Below are positions 8,490 through 20,043 of a stretch of 64,000 bases of DNA, in pieces. The notes under the pieces are model-generated. The model was not told where the DNA came from. It searched no databases and was given only the letters and a program-made list of their open reading frames with translations. The DNA comes from Clostridiales bacterium. Lineage in GTDB: Bacteria > Bacillota > Clostridia > Lachnospirales > Lachnospiraceae. A program made the position numbers and the translations under genes. Location of the stretch: contig CAVATZ010000001.1 of NCBI GenBank assembly GCA_963591655.1, positions 15,583 through 79,582 on the forward strand. Reading direction: 5' to 3'. Numbering within the stretch: the first letter of the stretch is position 1; every line of letters begins with the position of its first letter.

Positions 8490-9407
8490 ATGAATCTGGA
8501 CCATCTCCGTTACTTTGAAACCGTTGCCGCGCTGGAGCACTACGGCCGGGCCGCCGAGGCACTGCACATCAGTCAGCCTGCCTTGAGCTATGCCATTGAC
8601 CATCTCGAGGCGGAGCTCGGTGTACCGCTTTTTACCCGAAACGGCCGCAATGTGCAGCTGACCCGCTACGGGCAGTATTTCCTCCGGGCCATCACCGGCT
8701 CTCTGCTGCAGCTGGACACCGGCATCCGCGCCATGCAGGAATTCGGTCAGGAAGGCGGCATTGTCCTCGTGGGCGGCATCCGCAAGCTGGCCAGCCGCCG
8801 CATTCCCCAGCTCATGCAGCAGTTTCTCCGGGAGGATAATGCCGGCACCGTCCGCTTTGAGCTGCATACCGAGAGCAGCTTCAGCGCGGAGCTTCTGCAG
8901 GATTTGGGGAACGGCAGCATTGACATGGCCTTCGTCAGCCATACCGCAGATCCCCTCGACTTCGAATGTGTTCCCTTCCCCACGGTGCCCTTCGTGCTGG
9001 TCGCCCCCGTCGATCATCCCTTTGCTGCAAAAAAAGAAGGCACCCCCCTGCGGGACTGCCTTTCCGAACCCTTTGTTTTCTTTTCCGAGCGCTCCGGTCT
9101 CCGGGCCTCCGTGGACGCCCTCTTTGCGCAGATCAATGCCGTGCCCCGGATTGCCTGTGAAACCGAGGAGGACGATGTCATCGCCGGTATGGTGGAGGCC
9201 GGCTTCGGACTGGCCATTCTGCCGAACTTTCCGGCGCTCCGCTCCTACCGTCTTGCCATCCTAAAACTCACCGATGTGGATTGCTCCCGCACCGCCTGCC
9301 TCTGCCGAAAGCGGCTACCGGAATATCCCGCCGCAGCGGACCGGTTCTTCCGTTTCTGTGCAGAAAAGCTGACGGAAAACCAGCCTATCGGAGAAACTGA
9401 TCTTTAA
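8490..9407 (+). CDS. LysR family regulator, divergent from SDR-MFS
   Basis: N-terminal HTH AAEALHISQPALS...LE.ELGVPLF.R.GR; 305 aa. Confidence 0.95.
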   Translation: MNLDHLRYFETVAALEHYGRAAEALHISQPALSYAIDHLEAELGVPLFTRNGRNVQLTRYGQYFLRAITGSLLQLDTGIRAMQEFGQEGGIVLVGGIRKLASRRIPQLMQQFLREDNAGTVRFELHTESSFSAELLQDLGNGSIDMAFVSHTADPLDFECVPFPTVPFVLVAPVDHPFAAKKEGTPLRDCLSEPFVFFSERSGLRASVDALFAQINAVPRIACETEEDDVIAGMVEAGFGLAILPNFPALRSYRLAILKLTDVDCSRTACLCRKRLPEYPAAADRFFRFCAEKLTENQPIGETDL

Positions 9408-10243
9408 CAAATCAGCAGCCTTTGCAAAAATGCTGCCGCGCCGTCATGGTCATTGTCCTCTGTCACATAGCGCGACTTCCCTTTCACGGCCTCGGCGGCA
9501 TTGCCCATGGCGACAGAAATGCCGGCCCATGCCAGCATCTCCGCATCGTTTTCATTGTCACCGATGGCGATCACATGCTCCCTTCCGATGCCGAGCCGTT
9601 CGCTGAGATTCTCAAGGCCGCGTCCCTTGTTCACGTCCGGCGCGTTGAGCTCCGCATTTCCGCTGACCGACGTAGTGACACAGACATCGTGCCGCTTCGC
9701 CCAGTGCGCGCGGAGTGCCGCTGATACTTCATGGTCCTCAAAATACAGATTGATCTTTTCTGCCTTCTGCAGGATGTCCGTTCTCTCGTGAATATCCCGG
9801 GCAAAGGCATGGTCCTTCAGCATGTACGCTGCGAAGTCTCCCGCAATCCCGGCATCCTCATAAAAGGGCCGGTCCGCTTCCTCCGCCCATACGATGCCCT
9901 CCGCCATCACCTCCGTATAATATCGGGTATCGGGGCACTCTATCTTCACATAGCGCAGAATCTCCTGCGCCACACCCTCCGGCAGTCTGCTGCTGCATAC
10001 GGGCAGCTGCTTTTTCCAGTCCCAGATGACGGCGCCGTTCTCCAGCACAGCGTATCGGATTCCCGCCAGACCTTTGATCTCCTCCGGCAGGATCGGAAAT
10101 GCCCTGCCGGACGCCGGCACAATATCGTGTCCCGCGTCCATAAGGCTTTTGAGCACATTCAGTGTATGCTCTGTTATTTTTCCCTGACTATTCAGAAGTG
10201 TACCATCCATGTCCAGTGCGATCATGTATTTGTCTTTGGTCAT
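9404..10243 (-). CDS. Cof-type HAD-IIB phosphatase
   Basis: DMDGTLL, ASGR, NKG, GDNENDAEML, AMGNA; start placed just after the GH13 stop. Confidence 0.92.
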   Translation of the reverse strand: MTKDKYMIALDMDGTLLNSQGKITEHTLNVLKSLMDAGHDIVPASGRAFPILPEEIKGLAGIRYAVLENGAVIWDWKKQLPVCSSRLPEGVAQEILRYVKIECPDTRYYTEVMAEGIVWAEEADRPFYEDAGIAGDFAAYMLKDHAFARDIHERTDILQKAEKINLYFEDHEVSAALRAHWAKRHDVCVTTSVSGNAELNAPDVNKGRGLENLSERLGIGREHVIAIGDNENDAEMLAWAGISVAMGNAAEAVKGKSRYVTEDNDHDGAAAFLQRLLIC

Positions 10244-10244
10244 G

Positions 10245-12776
<2,532 letters not shown>

Positions 12777-12780
<4 letters not shown>

Positions 12781-13589
12781 GCAAAAAATTCCTCCTCTTC
12801 CTGATCGTATGCAATGCTTCCGTTTGCTGCCGGTGCCGCCTGCCGCATCGCTGCCAGCTGGCTGATCTGATAGTCATTCATGCCCATGGCAACGGCAATG
12901 ATCGTACCGATCACGGCAATGGCGATCAGCGGCAGATTCATGTAGGCCGATAAAACAAAGCCAAGGAAGAAGAACATGCAGATTTTCTTGTCCCAGAGCA
13001 TCTTCATCAGCATGGCCATGCCGACTGCCGGCAGCAGACCGCCGCATACCGTGAGGCCATTCATCACAACCTCCGGAATGGCTTCCACCAGTGCTCCCAC
13101 CGCATCGGATCCAAACAGGATGCCGAAGAATGCCACGAGGGAATACAGGAACCAGTTTACAGTCCAGAGGCCGTAATGCAGGAAGACGATCTGCTGATCC
13201 TTTCCTTCTGCGGCCAGCTGGTCAAACTTCTTCGCAAACATGCCGACAATGAAGATATACAGCGCTGTCTTGATCTGAAGGCCCAGGATACCAATGGGAA
13301 GGGCCAGGGTCAGAGCAACCTCACTTCCCTTTCCCAGCAGAATGGCGAAGGCCGTACCTACCGCCGTTGCGATTCCCGGCTCTGCCGCCGATGCACCGCC
13401 GATATTGACAACGCCCATAAATACCGCTTCCAACGAGGCACCGATGACCACTCCCGTCTGTACATCTCCCAGGAAAAGCCCCACCAGGGAACCGATGACG
13501 ATGGGCCGGTTCAACATGGTAAAACCAATCAGCTCTGCACCGCCGACACAGACAAATACGGCCAGTGCCACAAAAAATGCATTTAACAT
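12777..13589 (-). CDS. PTS mannose/fructose/sorbose family EIIC
   Basis: RPIV...VGL.LGD..TG..IGA.LE..FMG, GGLLPAVG motifs. Confidence 0.93.
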
Positions 13590-13610
13590 ATGCGCTACGC
13601 TCCTTCTCTT

Positions 13611-14561
13611 TTATAATGTGTTGATCTCATCCTTGACGAGCTTGCGCTCATCATTCGGTACCTGCTGCATGCATGTCTTAGGATCCATGGCCACCAGCTC
13701 CTTCAGGTTCCTGATCTCCTCCTCGGTCAGCATGATGGTCGGTGAAAGCAGCTTCTTCTCCGAAACGTCAATGCCGTCGAATCTGCCGGTATTTCCGATG
13801 TTCAGAAATTCGATTTCCCCCACCTGCTTCCGCACCGCCAGTGCATCCCTGACATTCCGCGTAAGCACCAGGATTCTCATCCTTTCCGCTCTCGGATCAT
13901 TCAGTACCCGGATGGCCTCCTGCACCGGCTTGATCAGCACCTTTATGCCGGCTGGCACCGCCATCTTCAGTGCCATTTTCTGGGTATTGTCAGACGCCGC
14001 ATCATCGTTGGCCACCACGATGCCGTTGACCTTGAGCTGCTTCGTCCATGTCATAGCCACCTGTCCGTGGATGAGCCTGTCGTCTACACGAAGCGCTGCG
14101 ATTCTGGCCCCGGAGTTCTCGTAGGTAATGTCCTTCGCTTCCGGCACTGCCGTGCTTTTCTGCTTGGCTTCCTTCTTCTTTTCTCCGACAGAAACCAGCT
14201 GCAGTTCCTCTCTTGCTTCTGCGATATAGCCCTCGATTTCCTCCTCCGACACATTATCTTCCGCCAGCATGACCTGCATCAGCACCGGAAGATTCGTACC
14301 GGTGATCAATGTCACATTGTCGTTTCCGGCATATTCCATCAGCTTCTGGTTGACGCTCCCGCCCATCAGATCCGTAAAGACAATGATGCGTTCCTCCTTG
14401 TGTACCTCGAAGAATGCCTGAAATTTCTCAACGATATTGTCATCCGGCTCAACATAGGCATCAATAGTGGTGACGCCCGGCATTTTCCCGACGATCAGCT
14501 CCGCCGTATATCGGATGCCCGAAGCCATCTTTCCATGCGTAGCAATTAAAATCTGCTTCAT
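13611..14561 (-). CDS. PTS mannose family fused EIIAB
   Basis: IATHG (EIIA His), DLMGGS, G.NLP, linker, then RVDDRLIHGQV (EIIB His); AGGGAGG RBS. Confidence 0.93.
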   Translation of the reverse strand: MKQILIATHGKMASGIRYTAELIVGKMPGVTTIDAYVEPDDNIVEKFQAFFEVHKEERIIVFTDLMGGSVNQKLMEYAGNDNVTLITGTNLPVLMQVMLAEDNVSEEEIEGYIAEAREELQLVSVGEKKKEAKQKSTAVPEAKDITYENSGARIAALRVDDRLIHGQVAMTWTKQLKVNGIVVANDDAASDNTQKMALKMAVPAGIKVLIKPVQEAIRVLNDPRAERMRILVLTRNVRDALAVRKQVGEIEFLNIGNTGRFDGIDVSEKKLLSPTIMLTEEEIRNLKELVAMDPKTCMQQVPNDERKLVKDEINTL

Positions 14562-14613
14562 ATATCCTCCCTTTTTGTAACTGTACATTTCCGGGTTTCG
14601 CTGCAGCGCATCA

Positions 14614-14687
14614 GGTTATGTACCTAACTTCCATGTCTGAATTCTAGCATTGAAATCCGTTCGTGTAAATAGGTTATGTAGATAACC
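14614..14687 (-). promoter_or_regulatory. Sigma-A promoter of the PTS operon flanked by two palindromic operator-like sites
   Basis: TTTACA (14669-14664), 17 bp, TAGAAT (14646-14641) with extended TG. Sites GGTTATGTACCTAACT (14614-14629) and GGTTATGTAGATAACC (14672-14687). Confidence 0.75.
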
Positions 14688-14819
14688 GTATTTTTATCAA
14701 TAGATTTCAGCCCGTTTTTGTGATAGATGCACAAAAAACGCCATGGTACCTTCACCATGACGCTTTCTCTCGCTAACCGGCATGCAGATCGTAATCGTCT
14801 CTTACGAATGCTCCCTCTC

Positions 14820-15851
14820 CTATTTCTCCTGTGCCCGCACCGACGCTCTCTTCACCAAAGCAACGGGCAGCACTGTCTCCGGCTCCTCCGCTATGCTTCC
14901 CTCGCGGATCCATTTCATCAACAGCTCTACCGCCAGCTTCGCCTTTTCCTCCACATCCTGCTTAACCGTTGTAAGTCGGGGTGTGGAATACTGGGCATAG
15001 CTGATATCGTCATAGCCGGCCACTCCGATCTCCTCCGGGACAGAAACCCGCTGATCCGCATAAAAGCTGATGGCCTCCAACGCATACATATCCGACAGGA
15101 AAAACAATGCCGTCTTTGGCTTCTTTCGCTGCAGAAGCCACTCGTAGTTCGCCTTGCGCTTCTCATAATTCATGCCGAGGGGCACAAACTGCAGTCTCTG
15201 CTTTTCGTTTGCACATTCCGCCATGGCCCTCTCTGCACCGAGATAACGTAGATGGTCCACACCGCTGTCTCTTCCCGCACAAACCTTGATCTCTTCATAG
15301 CCGGACTCCAGAAGGTATTTTGTCATCTGGTATCCGCCGCTTTCATCATCAAGTCCAATATTTGCGACATGCTGCGTATCTCCGTCATCCAGCTCTCCGT
15401 AGGCATCAATCGAAACAATGGGTTTTTTGACCAGCTGGTAAATTTTCTCACAGTTTCTTCTGCTGAAGGAGATGGCAATCACACCGTCCATGTCCCAGCC
15501 GGCCACCATCTGAAATATCTTCTCCACGTCCTTTGTGGAGCAGATCATCATATAGTAATTCTGCCTCTGGATATATTCCTCGATAAAGCCGATGATTTTT
15601 CCATAAAAGGGATCACCGAGAACAGAATCCTTGAAGTCCTTGTGATAGTTCACCACGACAGCAATCAGCTGCGATTTTTCCTTGTTCAGCACCCGGAGTC
15701 CCAGCTTCTGTACGTATCCCATTTCCCGGATCAGAGACTCTATCTTGTCTATGGTGGCCGGTGAGACCTTCTTGGTCCTGCCGTGGATCACGTTCGAAAC
15801 GGTGGTGGTGCTGACACCGGCTGCCGCTGCAATTTCCTTGATCGTCGCCAA
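14820..15851 (-). CDS. LacI family transcriptional regulator
   Basis: TTG start after GGAGGT; ATIKEIAAAAGVSTTTVSNV HTH; VPEEIGVAGYDD, P.LTTV.Q. Confidence 0.93.
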   Translation of the reverse strand: MATIKEIAAAAGVSTTTVSNVIHGRTKKVSPATIDKIESLIREMGYVQKLGLRVLNKEKSQLIAVVVNYHKDFKDSVLGDPFYGKIIGFIEEYIQRQNYYMMICSTKDVEKIFQMVAGWDMDGVIAISFSRRNCEKIYQLVKKPIVSIDAYGELDDGDTQHVANIGLDDESGGYQMTKYLLESGYEEIKVCAGRDSGVDHLRYLGAERAMAECANEKQRLQFVPLGMNYEKRKANYEWLLQRKKPKTALFFLSDMYALEAISFYADQRVSVPEEIGVAGYDDISYAQYSTPRLTTVKQDVEEKAKLAVELLMKWIREGSIAEEPETVLPVALVKRASVRAQEK

Positions 15852-15865
15852 ATTCCTACCTCCGG

Positions 15866-15911
15866 TAAAAAGCAAAAGCCTGAGAATCCGTAAAATACCG
15901 GATTCCCAGGC
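15866..15911 (-). terminator. Terminator after tsf
   Basis: gcctgggaatccg/cggattctcaggc stem followed by TTTTGCTTTTT on the minus strand. Confidence 0.75.
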
Positions 15912-15943
15912 CCTCATATTCATTGCATATAATAAGCTATCGA

Positions 15944-16873
15944 TTAGCCCATCTGCTTTGCAACTTCCTCTGCAAAGTTCTCGGACTTCTTCTCCAGACC
16001 CTCACCGGTCTCGAAACGAACAAACTTCACCAGCTTGATCTCAGCGCCCTGTGCCTTTGCAACGGAATCAACATACTGCTGTACAGTCTGCTTGCCGTCC
16101 TCAGCTCTTACATAAACCTGATCTACCAGACAAACTTCCTTGAGTTCCTTGTTCAGACGACCCTGAACCATGCCCTCAAGTACCTTCTCCGGTGCGTTCG
16201 GCTTCTCGTTCTTAGCTGCTGCCATCAGGATCTCCTTCTCGGAAGCAAGGTAATCCTGGTCAACCTCTGCACGTGTAACGTACTTCGGGTTCAGAGCGGC
16301 GATCTGCATAGCGATGTTCTTTGCCATCTCCTCAGTTGTCTCGTTCACAGCAGTGGTCTCTACCTGAAGCAGAACACCGATTCTGCCGTTGGCATGAACA
16401 TAATCCTGTACGAAACCGTTGCTCTCAGACAGCTTTGTGAATCTTCTGATGTGCATGTTCTCACCGATGATGGAAATCTCCTCGGAAAGCTGCTCAGCCA
16501 CAGTCTTGCTCTCGTCTTTAGCCCACTTCTCAGCCAGGAAAGCATCGATGTCTGCTGCAGCGGAGTTCATAGCCTGCTCAGCAACATCATGAACATATCC
16601 ACGGAACTTCTCGTTCTTAGCAACGAAGTCAGTCTCGGAATTTACCTCAACCACAACGCCGGACTTGTGATCCTCTGCCAGCAGAGTGTAGGAAATACCC
16701 TCAGCTGCGATTCTGCCTGCCTTCTTAGCGGCACCAGCCAGTCCCTGCTCTCTGAGGAACTCCACTGCCTTGTCCATATCACCATCAGTTGCAGTCAGAG
16801 CCTTCTTACAAGCCATCATGCCTGCGCCTGTCATCTCACGTAACTCTTTTACCTGAGCTGCTGTAATAGCCAT
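15944..16873 (-). CDS. tsf: Translation elongation factor Ts
   Basis: VKELREMTGAGMMACKKAL, EVNSETDFVAKN; follows rpsB. Confidence 0.99.
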   Translation of the reverse strand: MAITAAQVKELREMTGAGMMACKKALTATDGDMDKAVEFLREQGLAGAAKKAGRIAAEGISYTLLAEDHKSGVVVEVNSETDFVAKNEKFRGYVHDVAEQAMNSAAADIDAFLAEKWAKDESKTVAEQLSEEISIIGENMHIRRFTKLSESNGFVQDYVHANGRIGVLLQVETTAVNETTEEMAKNIAMQIAALNPKYVTRAEVDQDYLASEKEILMAAAKNEKPNAPEKVLEGMVQGRLNKELKEVCLVDQVYVRAEDGKQTVQQYVDSVAKAQGAEIKLVKFVRFETGEGLEKKSENFAEEVAKQMG

Positions 16874-16906
16874 TGCTTTATCCTCCTACGGAAATGTATA
16901 TGATGC

Positions 16907-17650
16907 TTACTCTGCTACGAGGGTCTCGTCCTCAGCTGCTGCAGCTGCGGCCTCCTCCTCGGTCATCTCGCCCTGCTTAGCCTCGATTACGGCGTCAGCC
17001 ATCTTGGAAACGATCAGCTTGATGGCACGGATAGCGTCATCGTTACCGGGGATGATGTAATCCAGCTCCTCGGGATCTGCATTGGTATCAGCGATACCGA
17101 ACAGAGTGATGCCCAGAGTCTGAGCCTCCTTCACACAGATCTTCTCCTTCTTCGGATCAACAACGAAGATAGCGTCCGGAATCTGCTTCATATCCTTGAT
17201 GCCGCCGATGTTGGCCTCAAGCTTAGCCCACTCCTTCTTCAGAAGAGTAACCTCCTTCTTCGGCAGAACCTCGAAAGTTCCGTCCTCAGACATCTTCTCG
17301 ATCTCCTTCAGTCTTGTGATTCTGGTCTGGATGGTCTTGAAGTTGGTCAGCATACCGCCCAGCCATCTCTCGTTTACATAGAACTCACCGCAGCGAAGCG
17401 CCTCTGCCTTCACAGCATCCTGTGCCTGCTTCTTGGTTCCTACGAAAAGAACAGTGCCGCCGTTGGCTACGATCTGTACCATAGCGTTGTAAGCGTCATC
17501 TACCATCTTTACGGTCTTCTGCAGATCAATGATGTGGATGCCGTTTCTCTCTGTGTAGATGTACGGAGCCATCTTAGGGTTCCATCTTCTGGTCTGGTGA
17601 CCAAAGTGTACGCCAGCCTCAAGCAGCTGCTTCATTCCAATTGCACTCAT
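16907..17650 (-). CDS. rpsB: 30S ribosomal protein S2
   Basis: [39 protein letters not shown]. Confidence 0.99.
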   Translation of the reverse strand: MSAIGMKQLLEAGVHFGHQTRRWNPKMAPYIYTERNGIHIIDLQKTVKMVDDAYNAMVQIVANGGTVLFVGTKKQAQDAVKAEALRCGEFYVNERWLGGMLTNFKTIQTRITRLKEIEKMSEDGTFEVLPKKEVTLLKKEWAKLEANIGGIKDMKQIPDAIFVVDPKKEKICVKEAQTLGITLFGIADTNADPEELDYIIPGNDDAIRAIKLIVSKMADAVIEAKQGEMTEEEAAAAAAEDETLVAE

Positions 17651-17659
17651 GTTTCTACC

Positions 17660-17744
17660 TCCTGGTTGAATCTTCCATCCATATGTGTGTGCACACCGGC
17701 TTCATTCCGCTTCGGAACACCTCCGGATTTCATATGAATGTGTA
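17660..17744 (-). ncRNA. rpsB 5' leader (t44/S2 autoregulatory leader-like)
   Basis: Position directly upstream of rpsB; ACACA...CAUAUG/CAUAUG stem enclosing CCGGAGGUG...CCGG, ending GGAAG...AACCAGGAGG. Confidence 0.6.
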
Positions 17745-17779
17745 AAATAAAATAAGTCGCGTCAACAGACGCGACAATG

Positions 17780-17809
17780 ATTCTAGCATAGCTGCATTAT
17801 AGAAGTCAA
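17780..17809 (-). promoter_or_regulatory. Putative sigma-A promoter for rpsB-tsf
   Basis: TTGACT (overlapping the topA stop), 18 bp, TAGAAT with extended TG. Confidence 0.6.
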
Positions 17810-19827
17810 GCGAAGGTTTCTACAATTTCATTTTCCTTCTTGCTGCCCACCTGGGCCTCCTTCGGGCGGGTCCAGGTCATGTACTCACACTCCGGATAGC
17901 GGGAGCAGGAATAGAAAATCCGCCCCTTCTTGCTTCTTCGCTTCACGCACTCCGCGCCGCAGTCCGGGCAGACGAAGCCGGCGTACTCAATATAGGGCTT
18001 GGTATTCCGGCACTCCGGGAAGCCCGGACAAGCCAGGAACTTTCCGTGGGGGCCGTACTTGATCACCATCTTCCGTCCGCACTTGTCGCAGACCACATCG
18101 GTTTCCTCATCCCGGATGGTGACCTTCTCCACCTCCTGGTTGGCGATTTCCACCGCCTCCGCGAGGTCCGGATAGAAATTCTCAATGATGGTTTTCCATT
18201 CGATCTTGCCCTCGGCCACGGAATCCAGCAGAGACTCCATGTTCGCGGTGAAGCCCGTGTCCACAATGGTGGGGAAGCTGCGGGTCATCATGTCATTCAC
18301 CGCCTGTCCCAGCTCCGTCACGAAGATATTTTTCTTCTCCTTCGTGATATACCGGCGGGCGATCAGCGTGCTGATGGTGGGAGCATAGGTAGAGGGACGA
18401 CCGATGCCGTCCTCCTCCAGCGCCTTCACCAGAGAGGCCTCCGTAAAGTGTGCCGGCGGCTGGGTAAAGTGCTGCTCCTTTTCGAAATCCGAAAGCGTCA
18501 GCACATCGCCCTTCTCCATATCCGGAAGCAGTACATTTTTCTCTTCCTTATCCTCCTCGGACATGTACACCGAGAGGAAGCCGTCAAAGCGCAGCTTGCT
18601 GCCGCTCACCGTGAAGACATAGTCTCCGGCCCGCAGACGCACCGTTTCCGTATCGTATACAGCATTTTCCATACGGGATGCCAGGAAACGTCGGTAGATC
18701 AGCTGGTACAGCCGGAACTCATCTCTTCCGAGACTTTCCTTTGCCTCCAGCGGCGTGATGCTGAGATAGGTCGGACGGATGGCCTCGTGAGCATCCTGGA
18801 TCTTCACCTCACCCTGGGACTTCTGCTGCACAGAGGCTGCCACATAATCGTCTCCGTACTTCTCCGCAATATAGCGCCGTGCCTCAGCGTCCGCCTCATC
18901 CGCAATACGGGTGGAATCGGTACGCAGATAGGTGATGAGACCCACGGTGCCGTGCCCTTCGACATTGACACCCTCATACAGAGACTGGGCGATCCGCATG
19001 GTCTTCGAGGTCGGGAAAGACAGCAGCTTCGACGCCTCTTGCTGCAGGGTACTGGTGGTAAAGGGCAGCGGTGCCTTTTTCCGGCGCTCGGATTTCCGGA
19101 TGTCCTCCACCACGAAGTCCGCCTTACCGATGCTTCGGATAATGTCTTCGGTCTCCTGCTCGGAGCCGAGGGCGATTTTTTTGTCCTTCCCATAGAAGCC
19201 GGCCTTCAACTTCTTCTTTCCCAGCAAAAGATTTGCGGCGAGGCTCCAATACTCCTCCGGCACAAAGGCAGCGATTTCTGTTTCGCGGTCACAGATCATC
19301 TTCAAGGCAACGGACTGTACCCGTCCTGCGGACAGGCCCTTTCGGATCTTTTTCCAGAGCAGGGGGCTGATGGTATAGCCCACCAGACGATCCATGACCC
19401 GGCGCGCCTGCTGTGCGTTCACCAGATCCATATCGATCTCCCGGGGATTCTTCAGTGCAGAGCTTACCGCGTTCTTCGTGATCTCATTGAAGCTGATGCG
19501 GGCAATCTTCTTTTCATTGGAAGGATCCTTGCAAAGCTCATTGTTGAGATGCCAGCTGATGGCCTCACCCTCACGGTCCGGGTCAGTCGCGAGATAAATG
19601 CGGTCTGCCTTCTTGGCCTCCTTCTTCAGCTTGCTGAGAAGCTCACCCTTTCCCCGGATGGTGATGTATTTCGGTGTATAATCATGCTCCACATCCACCC
19701 CGAGGGAGCTCTTCGGCATATCAATGAGATGTCCCATTGTCGCATCTACCGTATAATTTTTTCCCAGAAACTTGCTGATGGTCTTCACCTTGGCGGGAGA
19801 CTCCACAATAATCAGATTATTTGCCAT
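17806..19827 (-). CDS. topA: DNA topoisomerase I
   Basis: IVESPAK, ATDPDREGE, SAGRVQS, ITYLRTD, GIGRPSTY; C-terminal Cys zinc ribbons. Confidence 0.98.
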   Translation of the reverse strand: MANNLIIVESPAKVKTISKFLGKNYTVDATMGHLIDMPKSSLGVDVEHDYTPKYITIRGKGELLSKLKKEAKKADRIYLATDPDREGEAISWHLNNELCKDPSNEKKIARISFNEITKNAVSSALKNPREIDMDLVNAQQARRVMDRLVGYTISPLLWKKIRKGLSAGRVQSVALKMICDRETEIAAFVPEEYWSLAANLLLGKKKLKAGFYGKDKKIALGSEQETEDIIRSIGKADFVVEDIRKSERRKKAPLPFTTSTLQQEASKLLSFPTSKTMRIAQSLYEGVNVEGHGTVGLITYLRTDSTRIADEADAEARRYIAEKYGDDYVAASVQQKSQGEVKIQDAHEAIRPTYLSITPLEAKESLGRDEFRLYQLIYRRFLASRMENAVYDTETVRLRAGDYVFTVSGSKLRFDGFLSVYMSEEDKEEKNVLLPDMEKGDVLTLSDFEKEQHFTQPPAHFTEASLVKALEEDGIGRPSTYAPTISTLIARRYITKEKKNIFVTELGQAVNDMMTRSFPTIVDTGFTANMESLLDSVAEGKIEWKTIIENFYPDLAEAVEIANQEVEKVTIRDEETDVVCDKCGRKMVIKYGPHGKFLACPGFPECRNTKPYIEYAGFVCPDCGAECVKRRSKKGRIFYSCSRYPECEYMTWTRPKEAQVGSKKENEIVETFA

Positions 19828-19966
19828 GTATGCTGTGCCCTTCGTCGATATGAGATTTTTTCTCATCTGATTTTTGAATATCAGTATCTGTTTATAACCC
19901 AGTCATACAGATTTTGCAAGGGCGGGTTTCTGTCTTTTTTGTGTAAAATTATTTATTTCTCATTTA

Positions 19967-20000
19967 TTGACATTTTATTCGCAGCAATTTAATATTAAAT
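19967..20000 (+). promoter_or_regulatory. Putative sigma-A promoter of comM-dprA with a palindrome over the -10
   Basis: TTGACA (19967-72), 17 bp, TAATAT (19990-95); perfect palindrome ATTTAATATTAAAT at 19987-20000. Confidence 0.55.
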
Positions 20001-20043
20001 CGATTCTATAGAGCGATTCTGCTCCCGATCCCCCTGAGGACAT

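Noticed and set aside
14820..15923. Longer ORF-track starts for lacI (also dnaE, cstA, rluA, livH, livG, smpB)
   Set aside because: The extensions run through terminators or upstream genes; downstream starts have an RBS and match family N termini.
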